Shown here in pieces: positions 25,211 through 38,955 of a stretch of 64,000 bases of DNA (its first letter is position 1; each line of letters starts with the position of its first letter). The position numbers were made by a program, and so were the translations under genes. Source of the stretch: Octopus sinensis (lineage: Eukaryota); NCBI RefSeq assembly GCF_006345805.1, contig NC_043004.1:58528001-58592000 (forward strand). Reading direction: 5' to 3'. The notes beneath the pieces were generated by a model, which was not told the origin of the DNA, did no database searches, and saw only the letters and a list, made by a program, of their open reading frames with translations.

Positions 25211-26152
25211 TATGTTGTTGAACTTACCAGTCTAGCAACATATCTAATATTGACCAGGATATGGTTCTCTGAGGATTTGTTGCGATATATAGTATAATCT
25301 TATGGATGTTGTATGTCTTACATAACTGAAGGTGCGATGATCTGTCACAATATGATCTCTAAATGGAACATTGCAACAGGACCATATAATCCATGTGCCT
25401 ATTTGTTTATTAATATATATGTATAATAATGATAATAAAATTATTGTATACAGTGCTCAGGTGCACCACAACTTTTCAAAAGTGTGTATAAAGCATACGC
25501 AGTAATGTACAAATGTCTGGAAAGTGAACAGTGTATGAGTCAGATACATGCTTGCATGTGTATGGGAGGGGAGAAAATCAGGTGTAGTGTTGGCGAATCT
25601 GAGGAAGCATGGAAGTTTTGAAGGATGCAGTTCTCCGACAACTGTATGTGTGTATGTATGTGTATTTGTGTACTCAACTATCATTTAAGTTGTCATCATA
25701 ACCATCATTTTTCCATTAGCTTTTCCATGTTGGGTTAAGTTGAAAAGTATTTTACAACCAAATCTTCTTCTTGTCACCAACTTTTGTATGTTTTTTAAAT
25801 GAAAGATTCTTATAGGACTAGAGTTTACATATTGAATGCACAGAGGAGGATTTGCTTACAGATTATGTAAACTGAACATCACCATTTTCCTCAAACAGTA
25901 TCATAGAAAAACTTTTCAATTGTATGGACACACACACACACATACACACACACTAAAACACAAACACATAGACACATGCACATGTGCATGTACAAGCATA
26001 TACACACAGATATGCATTAAGCTTCCATATAGTTTCCATCTAGGAATTCCACTTACAAAGCAGTGAACTGCTTGGGTCTAGTGAAAGATATTTACCAAAA
26101 TTGTATCACAGTAAGATAGAAATTAAAACCAGATGATTACAGAGCAAACTTT

Positions 26153-26377
26153 CTGAGGGAGTGCTGAAAAATCCCTGACTTCAAGGTTATCATTGAAAGG
26201 CCTGGTTGGAGGCCCAATCTTCTGAGTTCTTTTACAGAGCTTGGCAAAACTGAAGGACCACTGCAATAAGTGTGTGAATGTGAGAGGGGAACACGTTGAA
26301 TAAAATCTTAATTAACTGATCCTCCTGTATTTTCTTTTACCCAAATCCAGGAACTTTTCAGCATCCCTCGTATATTT
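26153..26377 (+). mobile_element. Mariner-derived MITE
   Basis: TIRs tgagggagtgctgaaaaatccctg / ccaggaacttttcagcatccctcg|ta; internal LAKLKDHCNKCVNVRGEHVE* is a mariner transposase C-terminus. Confidence 0.75.
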
Positions 26378-26384
26378 ACATCAC

Positions 26385-26680
26385 CTTGATCACCTTGACC
26401 GACCTGTCCGTCGGACGTCCATTTGACACCACTGGTTACTCCTCTCTGGATCGCGCCTTTCTCATCCACGTGATCCCAATTGTCCTCCTGAAATCATAAC
26501 TCCACCATCGTGGAGGCCTTTCGGGTGGTCGTATCCGCTTGCACGGGTACCACTCAACAACTGCACAGGTCCACTGATTATCGGTGAGCCGGGCGACGTG
26601 TCCAGCCCATCTAAACTTGCTGCGTGCATACTCTGCGATGACATCCCTCACACCGGACTTCTTTCTGATGGTCTTGCTAT
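26385..26680 (-). pseudogene. RTE-type LINE ORF 3' end
   Basis: ORF 26436-26651: KFRWAGHVARLTDNQWTCAVVEWYPCKRIRPPERPPRWW; short tandem tail caaggtgatcaaggtgatg. Confidence 0.8.
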
Positions 26681-26763
26681 ATTCACATAGTCATGCAAAT
26701 TATACCCTGATAAATTTCAATGTGGCTTAGTGATTAGGGCATTCAGCTCATCGTTGATTCTTC

Positions 26764-27236
26764 CTCATCATCATCATTGTTCGACCGTGGTCGAGACAGT
26801 GGAATTTACCATGCTACACCAGACTTCACGGTCTATCATGGCATTACGGAGGTCCTGTTGCTGGATGCTTGTATCCCTGGAGATTACATCAGGGTAGGAG
26901 AGTGTGCGCCCTCTGGCATTGCGAGTAGATGGCTTCCAGAGGAGGAGAGTAGAAATTACCTCTTTTTCAGCTCTACAACAATGTCCAGCAAACTGGACTC
27001 TCCTACCTTTCACAAGAGCTGACACAGGTGGTAGTTTCCCATATATTTGCATTTTGGTTGGATGGCGCTTCCACGAGAGATTTTGAGCTCTCATAAGGAG
27101 GCGAGTGTAGGTCCGAAACAACAGCCTCTCAAGCTTCTTTGATAATGTCCAGGTTTCTGAGCCATATAGTAGAATTGGTTTGACTGTGGCTTTGAAGATT
27201 TCAAGTTTGAAGTCTCTACTTAGATTTGATGACCAG
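26764..27236 (-). pseudogene. RTE/RTEX-type LINE 3' fragment with (TGA)n tail
   Basis: FKLEIFKATVKPILLYGSETWTLSKKLE...RRVQFAGHCCRAEKE...LLLWKP...RGRTLSYPDVISRD...DREVW, ending in tgatgatga. Confidence 0.85.
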
Positions 27237-27500
27237 ATGACCTGGTGTCAAGTTGAATCTTTGAACAAGACACTTTATTTCACATTGCTCCAGTCCACTA
27301 AGCTGGGCAAAATGAGTTGTACATTTATTTCAAAGAGTCTGCTTTGTCACATTCTGTGTCACACTGAATCTCCCTGGGAACTACCTTAAGGGTTTGTATG
27401 TCTGTGGAGTTTTCTGCCACTTACATGTTAACTTTAAGAGCAGGCTATTCTGTTGATCGGATCAACTGGAACCCTCATCGGCATAACCGACTGAGTGCCA
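27236..27500 (+). mobile_element. 5'-truncated SINE with V/CORE-like middle and the tail of family C
   Basis: tctttgaacaagacactttatttcacattgctccagtccac..., then tgtcacattctgtgtcacactgaat...ggaaccctcatcggcataaccgactgagtgc, matching 32590-32750. Confidence 0.65.
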
Positions 27501-27705
27501 GAAAAACAAAGAAAAACCTTATTAATTTCAATATATAAAATGATAGTTACTTTTCACTTCTATACAGATATATACAGGTGCAGACAATGGTATGTGGTAA
27601 GGAATTTGCTTCCTAACCACATGGTTTCAGTTTCTGAACCTCTATGAGACACCTTGAACAAATGACTTTTACTATACACTAAAGTCATATCTCTTACTCT
27701 TTTAC

Positions 27706-28077
27706 TCTTTTACATGTTTCAGTCATTTGACTGCGGCCATGCTGGAGCACCGCCTTTAGTCGAGCAAATCGACCCTGGGACTTATTCTTTGTAAGCCCAG
27801 TACTTATTCTATCAGTCTCTTTTGCCGAACTGCTAAGTTACAGGCACGTAAACACACCAGCATTGGTTGTCACACAAACACATACACATACATACATATA
27901 CATATATATACATATATACGACAGGCTTCTTTCAGTTTCCGTCTTCCAAATCCACTCAGAAGGCATTGGTCGGCCCGGGGCTATAGCAGAAGACACTTGC
28001 CCAAGATGCCACGCAGTGGGACTGAACCCAGAACCATGTGGTTGGTTAGCAAGCTACTTACCACACAGCCACTCCTG
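27706..28077 (-). mobile_element. SINE family A, full length
   Basis: Reverse complement of family A. Confidence 0.9.
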
Positions 28078-28324
28078 TTGTATCTATGGGAAGATTTTGT
28101 TGTATATGTGTGTATATATATATGTGTGTGTGTGAGGTAGGGTAGTTATTATCTCCCTGCTTTATCACCTTATGACTGTTGCTAATGAGTGCCACTGTCA
28201 CGCACATTGTGTCTTTTATTTCCAATCTATTGTAAAAATCATGTCTGTTCATGGGAAAATATTACCTGACAAGAAAAAATGTAAGGATTGTTGAGAAGAA
28301 GGGAATCTGGTTATAGAGAATTTA

Positions 28325-28560
28325 GAAGGCAGCGAGTTGGCAGAAACGTTAGCACGCCAGGCGAAATGCTTATCAGTATTTCGTCTGCTGCTATGTTCTG
28401 AGTTCAAATTCTGCCAAGGTTGACTTTGCCTTTCAACCTTTTGGGGTTGAGTAAATAAGTACCAGTTATACACTGGAGTCGATTAATCAACTTAATCTGT
28501 TTGTCTGTCCTTGTTTATCCCCTCTGAGTGTAGCCCCTTGTGGGCAGTAAAGAAATAAGA
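28325..28560 (+). mobile_element. SINE family B, tail type 1
   Basis: aaggcagcgagttggcagaaacgttagc...agccccttgtgggcagtaaagaaata. Confidence 0.88.
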
Positions 28561-29120
28561 AAATTTACCTCAATAAATTCCATCCTACTCATGCAAACAT
28601 GGAAAAGCACATTATGATGATGATGACATCTTTAAATTATTATTGTAATTACAAGGTTATCATTTTAATTACAAAGTAATTCCTAGAAAGACATTCCTTA
28701 AAATTTGCACCAATCCAATTTTAGATACTTTATACTTAATGTAATCTAACTCCTTATATTTTTTCCCTTTGTATTGTTCTTATGTCCTTTTCCTTTTACA
28801 ATAACCTAAACAGATACAGCATATGCAAATTAGTCCCTTTAGTATATATTATCCATTCAAATTTCAACTTTTTAACAACCAATTCTGAAAATTAGTTATC
28901 AATTTCTTTATTGAATTTTCTTTCAAAACTAAGGAGAGTAGATCTTTTTTAGTCTATCATTTTCCATCTCACTCCCATCTTGTATATCAGTGTGTGTGTG
29001 TATAAGTCCATACCAATTCTAATTCAAATGTACCCTCATGTTTTAAGAAGTGCAATAGAGCAAAACAAATATATATTTGTCAACACAGATGTGTGTATGT
29101 ATGTGTCTATTCATATGTGA

Positions 29121-29174
<54 letters not shown>

Positions 29175-29786
29175 ATGCATGTATGTATAAGCAGATGAGT
29201 GTGAGTATGTGAGTGTATGCTCATTATATCTCTCATAGATGAATTAGATGAAACAAATTTCACATTTTATATTTTATCTTAAACAAGAAAAAATCTAACT
29301 TATTTAAATATTCTAACCATAACTTAGATTTCTATATTGGATAATAGAGTCTCTTTAGCAACCTGTAAAGTATTTGTCTTTCACATTTCCATTTCATAAA
29401 CACATTAACTATTATATCTATAATATTATTTAAATAAATTGATATAACATCCACATAGATTTTTACTTGGAATATATTTGTTCCTTAGTATTTTGTTTTT
29501 AAACTTATTCATTTTTTTGTTTTTAAACGTATAAAACATTTACATTTATATCTATACACATTTATATTTATATCAATCCATATGAATTTATTGTATATAT
29601 AAATGTGTTTGTATACATGATACATACACATACATAGATATTTATACATGTATATTTACATGTACATTTGAGTTTATGTGTATATATACATAAATGTGTT
29701 TGTGTGTGTATATGTATGTGTGCATATATATATGTAGGTATGTATGCATGTGTGTGTATTTATATATATATTTGTACATATATATT

Positions 29787-29838
<52 letters not shown>

Positions 29839-30203
29839 ATATTTATACACACACACACACCACACACACATGCATATATGTTATATATTCCATTCTGCAG
29901 TTTTGTGAATAACTAACATGTGCTTTCCTTCATTATTTGATATACAATTTTTATTAGATACATAATATATAGTTCATATCGGTTTTTTAAAAATATATAT
30001 TAATATAAATCATTAAAATATTAAATGAATATAATTTGTAGTATAGACATATTAAGTATTATAGAAATGTGCATTTCTCAAAGTATTATTAATAATGCTC
30101 CTTACGGTGCAGAAATTTAGGACTTACAACCAAATGAAATACATTTTAACAATGATAGAATGTTGGGATCAATAATCTTTTGCTGGTAGAATTTTATGTA
30201 AAA

Positions 30204-30499
30204 CTAGCAGTATCGCCTGGCGTTGCTCGGGTTTGTAAGGGAAATAACTATATAAGCATTTTTAGAGAGTTATAGCCAAAAAATAGCAAAAAAATGCATT
30301 AAAAATGGAAAAAAATGATGGTAATTTTTTTTTTAATTCGTAGACTCATCATAGACGCGCGCTAATACCCAGAAGGGCTCGATATGAACCACGACTATAA
30401 GATACCCGGTTTTGATTAAACTGCACCACAAAATGTGGGAGTAGTTAGGAATCTAAATCATAGGAGACAGACACACAACTTCACTTTTATATATAAAGA
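30204..30499 (-). mobile_element. Non-autonomous Helitron family H1, short form (296 bp)
   Basis: Minus strand: A|TCtttatatataaaag...cccgagcaacgccagg hairpin...tactgCTAG|T. Confidence 0.9.
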
Positions 30500-32373
30500 T
30501 ATGGTTTAAGAAAAAAATAATATCAAAAAATTATTTGCTTCAATTTTTTATCATAATTGTATTTTGGCTTAGCCTGTATCTTTTGTAAACCCTTTTTCAC
30601 TGATAAGAGCAATGATGGAATTTAATCAGTATTGTTAATGTTCAAATTATTCAACTTCTTAACATTGATAATTTTAGCATAAATTAAATCAAATAAGTGT
30701 CAGGCATCGTTAATATGAAGAGCCAGTCCCAAGTTTTAAACTGTAGATCCCATTACATTATGTTGAGGTTGACATGCTAATTTTATCATTTATTTTAAAA
30801 AATTAGTCAGAGAAAAGTAACACCATATGATGTTGACTGTAAGTTGATAAGTTAAGCAGAAATAAGTTGTATATCTTTATAAATACTCTATTCAAATTAA
30901 TTAATATAGAACATGTGAATCTTTCTTTTTTAAACCATGGTAATATAATGCAAGATAAAATTCTAGACAGCAGTATAGTTAGTTGTGATTAAAATATTCT
31001 TGTTGACTGTAAACCAAAATGTTTCCTCTCACATTAAAGCCAAAGAGATTGTAACTGACTGCAAAGCATATATATTCAGTGAATCAGCATTGAAAGTTTG
31101 AATTCCAATCAGATTATTGACATTAGTTAGTTAACTCTTTAGAAAATTTGAGATTGAGAAAATAATCTTTGCTATATTAGATCAGAACATTAAAAGTATT
31201 CTTTGGTGTGCTTTTAAAAAACAAAAAAAAAAGGAACTAATGGGAAAATATCATTTATCCACCAAATTATAATATTTGGAATTCATGTGGAAACAAAACC
31301 ACTATAGTGAATAATTTATGACAATATATCTTCAAGTTTTAATTCCATTGTGTCTGAGTAAGCAGACATCAACAAAATAAGAATAGATACCATTTGTGTT
31401 TTAAATTGTTCTTGCTAAAAGTTTTCAATGAAGGTCTAAAACAAAGAACAAAGTTACAGCAGAAACCAGAATGTGGACATGTAACTGTTACTCTACCCCC
31501 AAAGAAAACATTTATTTTGAAATGTATCCCAGCTAAACAATTATATATTCAGAAAAATATCAGCAGAAAATCTCTTTTCAAAAGAAAGATAGATAAGAAT
31601 TAAAATATGTCTTCAGTTCTTAGTAATTGTCATGTATCAATAATATGTTCTGCAGGAACCAGTTCCTTAGATACACAGAACTATATATAGATTTGTGTAG
31701 AATTTGACGTAGTTTCAGGATTAGATAGCAACAAAGACAAAATTCTGAGCTCATTTTTAGAAAATTGTCTTTGCATGTGATGTAATTTTATTTCCTATTT
31801 ATCTTATTTTTATGTTAAGTTAGTCTCTGCATCTTCAAAAGTAATAAGTCTTTTATTATCGTTTGCCAATATAAGATCTAAATTTACCCAGAAAATTGTC
31901 TCAAAAGTTATATAAACAAAACTCGTATACAAAAAAGTATTAAATTGATTTGTTAATGTCATATAGTATTTGAAAAACCATCATATTCACTAGAAGGCAG
32001 AGAATATTGCTGAGTGGGAGGCATCTTTATTTTTGCACTTATGACAGTCAGAAAAGTTTTGTTTTGTTATGTAACATATAATATATATAAATACTAAGAG
32101 ATATAATTTGACTGTTTGAAATTTCATACTTGAAATGAGATACATACTATTACATTATTTGATCGTCGTTTCAGTCTTCACTACACCACAAATGAAGATA
32201 CTAACTCTCTGTTATATTTACTTATTTCAAGTCATTTCCATATGTTGCTTTAGAATACTCTGATCTCAAAACTTTGCTAACCTCTTGTTAGAATTTATAG
32301 TCTGCACAAACGTCATTTGTCTTTTTCTTTTCTTTTTTCCCCTGCTTTTACAATATATATATAAGTTAGCACT

Positions 32374-32761
32374 GGAGGCGCAATGGCCCAGTGGTTAGGG
32401 CAGCAGACTCGCAGTCGTAGGATCACGGTTTCGATTCCCAGACCGGGCGTTGTGAGTGTTTATTGAGCGAAAACACCTAAAGCTCCACGAGGCTCCGGCA
32501 GGGATGGTGGTGATCCCTGCTGTACTCTTTCACCACAACTTTCTCCCACTCTTACTTCCTGTTTCTGTTGTACCTGTATTTCAAAGGGCCGGCCTTGTCA
32601 CTCTCTGTGTCACGCTGAATATCCCCGAGAACTACGTTAAGGGTACACGTGTCTGTGGAGTGCTCAGCCACTTACACGTTAATTTCACGAGCAGGCTGTT
32701 TCGTTGATCAGATCAACCGGAACCCTCGTCATCGTAACCGACGGAGTGCTTCCATCCATCC
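32374..32761 (+). mobile_element. tRNA-headed SINE family C, full length with 13-bp TSD
   Basis: ggaggcgcaatggcccagtggttag (A box)...gtttcgattcc (B box); TSD ataagttagcact at 32361-32373 and 32762-32774. Confidence 0.92.
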
Positions 32762-33737
32762 ATAAGTTAGCACTATATCCTTAACTTAGTGAATCATTGA
32801 TTATATTGTCCTCTATCTCCCTTTTGCATCAAACATTTTCTCTATTGTAACTGTCTTCACTTTTCTAATTCCCAGAGAAATACCATTAAAATTCTGTGAA
32901 AGTTAAGCTACATTTCTAATTTTTTTTCTTCTTGTGGACCATTTTCATTGTTTTGAAAATAGGTTATCTATAGGTTAATATTGCAAATACTTTGTGTGAA
33001 GGAAAGTGTAAAAATAATAAATTATTGAAAGTAGAGACCATAGAAATTTTCAAAATGTCAAGTTGGAAACCATTAGTTTGGCACAAAACATTAATATATT
33101 TACTTCATAAACGATTGGTGATAATGAACTCCAAACAATGATATTTGGTAAAGTTAAAGTATTCATATAGTTCTATAAACACTCATACATAGGCTGACAT
33201 CTGTTGATTCAAAAATGCTGAATTCTAAATGCTCCTGGATATTGGAGACAATTAGTTCAGTCTTGTACTTGTCTGGCTTCTGTATTTCTGATGACTCATG
33301 AGCTATGCACTTTTGTTTGCTATGATGATAAATGGTCAGAGTGAATTCTTATTCAGACTTACTGCATTTATACATGAATCAGAGGACCACATGTCACATG
33401 TATGTTTCCTTTTTGGCTATCTCCACTTGAATGTCTTTTCTATCCACAAACACTTTATAGAGTGTATTGAGTGCATTTTGTTGTGTCGAGTCTAAGGGAA
33501 GTCGTTATGTCCTCAACAAGAATAAACAATTCTTGGCAGGGATTACAACTTCATATATGTGAATCTCATTTTGTATTGAATCTCACATATTCATATACCA
33601 TTAGTTCTAAGTATATCTTCACATACCATCAGCACAACATCACTACTTTAGTTTATTCTGCTTTAAATAAAAAGATTTTTTTTGTGCAGGTTGTAAGACT
33701 TGGTCTCACTTGCAAATCTTGAGTCATTTATACAATA

Positions 33738-34137
33738 CTAGCAGTATCACCCGGCGTTGCTCGGGTTTTTAAGGGAAATAACTATATAAGCATTTTTAGA
33801 GAGTTATGGCCCAAAAATAGCAAAAAAATGCATTAAAAATGGGAAAAAAAATGATGGTAAATTTTTTTTTAAATCGTTGACTCATCGTAGACATTTTTAG
33901 AGAGTTACTTCCCTTATATAATAGCGAAAAAAATGCATTAAAATGGAAAAAAATGATGGTAAATTCTTTTTTAAATCGTAGACTCATCGTAGATGTGTGC
34001 TAATACCCAGAAGGGCTCGATATGAATCACAACTATAAGATACCCGGTTTTGGTTAAACTGCACCGCAAAATGTGGGAGTAGTTAGGAATCTAAATCGTA
34101 GGAGACAGACACACAACTTGACTTTTATATATAAAGA
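33738..34137 (-). mobile_element. Helitron family H1 with internal ~100-bp duplication
   Basis: Same termini as 30204-30499; the catttttagagagtta...gactcatcgtaga block occurs twice. Confidence 0.9.
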
Positions 34138-35039
34138 TTAAATGAAACTCTATATTAAGAATTGTTGTTATTCGGTCTCTGTTATTCCGTGTTTGGTGCA
34201 CCTTTATCTGCTTTCTGAACACACACATGTTGGCTTGCTTAGCTGATATCACTATATTTTTTATATTGCTTTATAATTTTCTGGGGAATACCGGGAAAGT
34301 GTGAATTTTCCCACTGGTCATACATGTTCCAGTTTCTCATTTCATAATCAAGCTGTTAACTTTTCTCTGTACAGGTACTGTGCATCATAAAGCTGTTGGT
34401 ACTGAGGCATGGTCGGTGATATATGAAACAATGATAATCTTTCATTTCTATTGCTAGGATAAGTTAATAAAAAAGATTATAAGTGAAGACTAGTTTGTAA
34501 TCAGTACACCAAGGATATTTTAAAATAGACCATATGCTGAAAGTTGGTATTTTGTTATGCCTTCATAATTAATCTTACTGAAGTTTACATGGTATTGTTG
34601 CTTAGTAACCGAACCAGTTCTTTAATTTATGTTAGGGATAATGAAGGACACCTTCCTGTCCTGATATGGCCACATGCTTTGGATTACTATAAAAATTGCT
34701 ATTTAGCAATCATACACTATAGTACAGGTTAGCAACTTCACTCATAAAAGGTAATTAATGTGTCTGGAGTTTGATGGTTATGAATGTGGTGCAGTTTGGT
34801 GAATAGACTTCTTTTGTTGACAAGAGTGTATATACAATAATGACATGACACAATGCCATTCTTCTTTGTAAAGGGTGAAATATTATTTTCAATTTGAACA
34901 TTAATTTCCTGTCAACAAACATCAATTAAAGCAACTCTTTCTTGCTGCATGTACTTTAGAATTTGATCAGTTTAAGTTATTTTGTTGCATTTACCTTTGC
35001 AGTCTTGTTGGAAATGGATCAGTGCTTCTCTTTTGCCAT

Positions 35040-35254
35040 TTGCCAGTTCCATCTGGCACCTGTGCGGGTGGCACGTAAAAAGCACCCACTACACTCACGG
35101 AGTGGTTGGCGTTAGGAAGGGCATCCAGCCATAGAAACACTGCCAGATCAGACTGGGCCTGATGCAGCCTTCTGGCTTCACAGACCCCAGTTGAACCGTC
35201 CAACCCATGCTAGCATGGAAAGCGGACGCTAAATGATGATGATGATGATGATGA
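35040..35254 (+). mobile_element. Family D retroposon with (TGA)n tail
   Basis: gtggcacgtaaaaagcaccc...ggcgttaggaagggcatccagcc...gcatggaaagcggacgctaaatgatgatgat. Decayed copies at ~1305-1390 and ~50760-50990. Confidence 0.8.
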
Positions 35255-35971
35255 TCTTCTAAGATCTTTAGAATTTTTGAAAGAATACCATTCAGTTTAG
35301 GTTCTTATCATTAATAAGTATAAAAAGGTCCTAATAATTGTGCTCAGGCTATGAGATAGTTTCTTCCTTTGCTTATCTGTTATGCTGATAGTTTGGATGT
35401 GTTTGGTTTTGGAGCATGATAGTTTCTTGAGAAAGTTCATCTCTTTGATGTCTTAATGTTTATAGTAAACTTCTTTGGTTATCCATTCTGATTTTGTTGG
35501 TATGTGATTAGCTGCTCTGATAAAAATTAAGTCTAGTTCCCAGAACTTGTATGTGTGTATTGTTTCAAAAAAACATATGAAGGAACATTTTTGGAAATAT
35601 TACTCTTTATGAGTAAATAAATACAGTTGTACCTCAGCTTACATCATTTCAAGTTAAATCTTTTTTGACCTTACATTTATTTTAGAAATTAACAGAAAAA
35701 TAAGCCTCAACTTCATTTGATTTATTCGTCAGTCTCAGTGGACATATTTAAAAACAGAATTCTTTTTAAAACTCTTAAAACCTAATACTGAACTGGAAAA
35801 TCAAATAAAATACATGTGAAAATAATTATAAACCATTTACCAAAACAAAGATAAGCTAATAAATGGTTTTAATATTTGCCTGTATTAGGTCATTTTTACC
35901 AGTTAAGTTGCATGTCTTGGAACCAGTTACTGGTGTAAGCTGAAGTATACCTGTATTTATAATTAGATAAA

Positions 35972-36276
35972 TTGTTTGTTCCTTCTCAAGCCATGTCTGG
36001 CTCATAAGGGCTGGTTTCCCAGTTTCCTTGGTGTATAGGTTCTCCACATGGATGGGATGCAAGTCCATCACAGGTGAGCTGCAAGATGCAGGAGGAAAGA
36101 GTGAGAGAAAGTTGTGGTGAAAGAGTCAGCACAAGTTTGCCATTACCTTCTGCCGGAGCCGTGTGGAGCTTAGGTGCTTTCACTCATAAACACACACAAT
36201 ACCTAGTCAGAAATTCGAACCCACGATCCCTCGACTGCAAGTCCGCTGCTCTAACCACTTGGCCATGTGCCTCCAC
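35972..36276 (-). mobile_element. SINE with family-C head and central domain but a different tail; 11-bp TSD
   Basis: Minus strand gtggaggcacatggccaagtggttag...cacctaagctccacacggctccggcag...actctttcaccacaactttctc, then gatggacttgcatcccatcc...atgagccagacatggcttgag; TSD aattagataaa at 35961-35971 and 36277-36287. Confidence 0.85.
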
Positions 36277-36664
36277 AATTAGATAAATAAACTGCAGTTA
36301 TGTCAGTTGAGGTTTTGTAAAATTATTTCTTGTTCTCATTGTGATTGTGGTAGATATGATGTCTATTGTTTCTTTCAGTTCTAACAGCATTGATTCTCCA
36401 CAACTCATATCTGTTTTCAAAATGGCTCATTGTTTTCCTGAGAAATATTTTTGATATGGATTCTCCTTTTAGGTCATAGTTTTTGTGATACTAAAATACT
36501 TGATAAGTGGTTCAGCTAGTGATTTGTTAAGTGAGTTTAACATTATGTAGTATATCATATATACTTAATTCTGCAAAATCAGATTTAAGTACGTTTCTTA
36601 AAGTGCTGTGGTTGTATAGTTAGTTTCAAACTTTGGTGTATTTTCCAGTGGATATCTCTTTCTC

Positions 36665-37078
36665 TCTTTTTCTCTTTTTTACTTGTTTCAGTCATTTGAC
36701 TGCGGCCATGCTGAAGCACTGCCTTTAGTCGAGCAAATCAACTCCGGGACTTACTCTTTGTAAGCCCAGTACTTATTCTATCGGTCTCTTTTTTTGCCGA
36801 ACCACTAAGTGACGGGCACGTAAACACACCAGCATCGGTTGACAAGCAATGCTAAGGGGACAAACACAGACACACGCACACATACACATACATATATATA
36901 AATACATATATATGACAGGCTTCTTTCAGTTTCCATCTACCAAATCCACTCACAAGGCATTGGTCGGCCCGGGGCTATAGCAGAAGACACTTGCCCAAGG
37001 TGCCACGCAGTGGGACTGAACCCAGAACCATGTGTCTGGTTAGTAAGCTACTTACCACACAGCCACTCCTGCGCCTAT
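36665..37078 (-). mobile_element. SINE family A
   Basis: Reverse complement of family A, inserted in the R4 remnant. Confidence 0.9.
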
Positions 37079-37479
37079 TATATAACTACTTATCTGGTCA
37101 TGTCTGTATATATATTTAGATTTGGCAAGGACTGAACTGCCAGAGATGATGTGGTCGACTGTCTCATTGTGCTGGTTGCACATTCTGCATTTGCTGTTAA
37201 GGCCTGTTTTCATTTTGCTTTTACAGTTGTTTGTGGTCAGGTATTAGTCTTGTGCAACGAGTATTAGTCTTACTATTTCTATTTTCAGTCCAGATCTTTT
37301 AGACCACTGTTGGCTTTCACTTAGGCTCACTTCTTTGACTGTCAAACCTTGCACGATATTGACCATGGAGTGATTTTTCTCTCCATTTCTTCTTTAGTAT
37401 GTTTTGTACGGCTGTTTTCATGTTGTTTTTTGTCTCTGATCATTTTTGCCATGTTTTCATCTGAGATCAGTGTTTTAAT

Positions 37480-37707
37480 ACCTATTTCTTTACTACCCAC
37501 AAGGGGCTAAACACAGAGGGGACAAACAAGGACAGACAAATGGATTACGTCGACCCCAGTGTGTAACTGGTACTTAATTTATCAACCCCGAAAGGATGAA
37601 AGGCAAAGTCGACCTTGGCGGAATTTGAACTCAGAACGTAATGGCAGACGAAATACAGCTACGCATTTCGCCCGGCGTGCTAACGTTTCTGCCAGCTCGC
37701 CGCCTTT
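37480..37707 (-). mobile_element. SINE family B, tail type 1
   Basis: tatttctttactacccacaagggg...ctgccagctcgccgcctt. Confidence 0.9.
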
Positions 37708-38633
37708 AAATCAGTGTTTTAATATAGTTTGTTTCTATTTTGTATTTTGTCACCTTCTTGTATACAGACAAAAGCATTTTTTTTTTGGTCTGCTGCTTTA
37801 TTACATGTAGTTGTCATTCACTTTTTGCTTCTGAAAATTTCTCTAGTCCACCTGTTGTTATTTTATAGTAGTTCTCTATCTTTGTCAGGCCGTGACCTCC
37901 TCCTGGGTGGGGGTGGATATATTCTACCTAAATCAACTTCGGGGTGGTGACTTCAGTATGCTGTTATTAGTTTTCTGTTTTTCCTATCTAAGTTCCTCAA
38001 TTTACTGACCTTCCAGTTTATTATGTTGAAACTAATTTGACTGGTATGGTTAACATGTTAGTCCCTATTATCTTATTTTTAGCATTGAGTTAGTCTAACT
38101 CTTCTGTAATACTCTCTTCTAATTTTCTTTTTCATTTCTGTGTGTTGTATTTTAGCCGTTTCATCTATTTCTCGATATTTGTAAGGACAAATTGCAGTCT
38201 AATTCTCTGATTTGTGTCTATATCAGGTGCAGCCTTTTCAGTGCTGATTAATTTACTGTTTCTCCAAGTAACTTTAGCACATTTGTCCAATCCCATGCTT
38301 ATCTCGATGTCCTTGCTGACACTATGGACAAATTTTAGAAGGTATTTTTGTTCAGTAATATTTTTAGTGAAAATTTTTAAGTAATCCATATATAAGAGAT
38401 GATTTACAGTTTGTCCATAGCATCTATAACCCATGGTGGTTTCAGTTTACAAGTTTGTTAGCAAGGTCTGAGCAAGGCAGAAAAGCAGATGGGGATGAGG
38501 GACAAGTCTCATTGGAAAATTATTCCTCTTATGGTTTAGGGCAGGTTTTAATGACTTGTGACTTATTTTTCAATGCTATGCTGGTTTTCCAATTAGCCAT
38601 TGCATGGCTGATATATTTTGGTAATGTTAGAGC

Positions 38634-38675
<42 letters not shown>

Positions 38676-38691
38676 TATTATTATTATTATT

Positions 38692-38870
38692 CTATGTTTG
38701 ACTTTTGCTTTATGTCTGTACAAGTTGGCTCCAAGTCTCACCCAGAGACCTCAAGAGACAACAGGTTGGAAGTTCACATTGTTGTTATGCCTAGTGTGTC
38801 ATATATTTGGGGGGTTTTTTTGGTGTTGTACTAGTGAATGTCTAATACATAAATTTAAAAAAAAAAGTTT
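38692..38870 (-). mobile_element. Short R4-like LINE 3' end with (TAA)n tail
   Basis: Minus strand ...gtctcttgaggtctctgggtgagacttgga...caaacatagaataataataat; abuts the (TTA)n array 38635-38691. Confidence 0.55.
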
Positions 38871-38885
38871 GTTTTAAACCTTGGG

Positions 38886-38925
<40 letters not shown>

Positions 38926-38955
38926 TATTATTATTATTATTATCATTATTATTTT

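Larger units (their letters stand above)
36300..38632 (-). pseudogene. R4/Dong-clade (REL-endonuclease) LINE remnant: RT to CCHC knuckle, interrupted by two SINEs
   Basis: Minus-strand readings: ANWKT...IRGIIFQ*D (RGIFQGD motif), VNHLLYMDYLKIF (YMDD motif), GLDKCAK, NAKNKIIG...LDRK, CRMCNQHNETVDHIISG...RHD; many stops and frameshifts. Confidence 0.8.

Noticed and set aside
32374-32445. tRNA-like sequence (also the heads of families A and B)
   Set aside because: A and B boxes are present but there is no complete cloverleaf; each continues into a SINE body with TSDs, so these are not tRNA genes.
12478-33310. Other CTGATGA words (12480, 33290) as hammerhead cores
   Set aside because: No stem II followed by GAAA.
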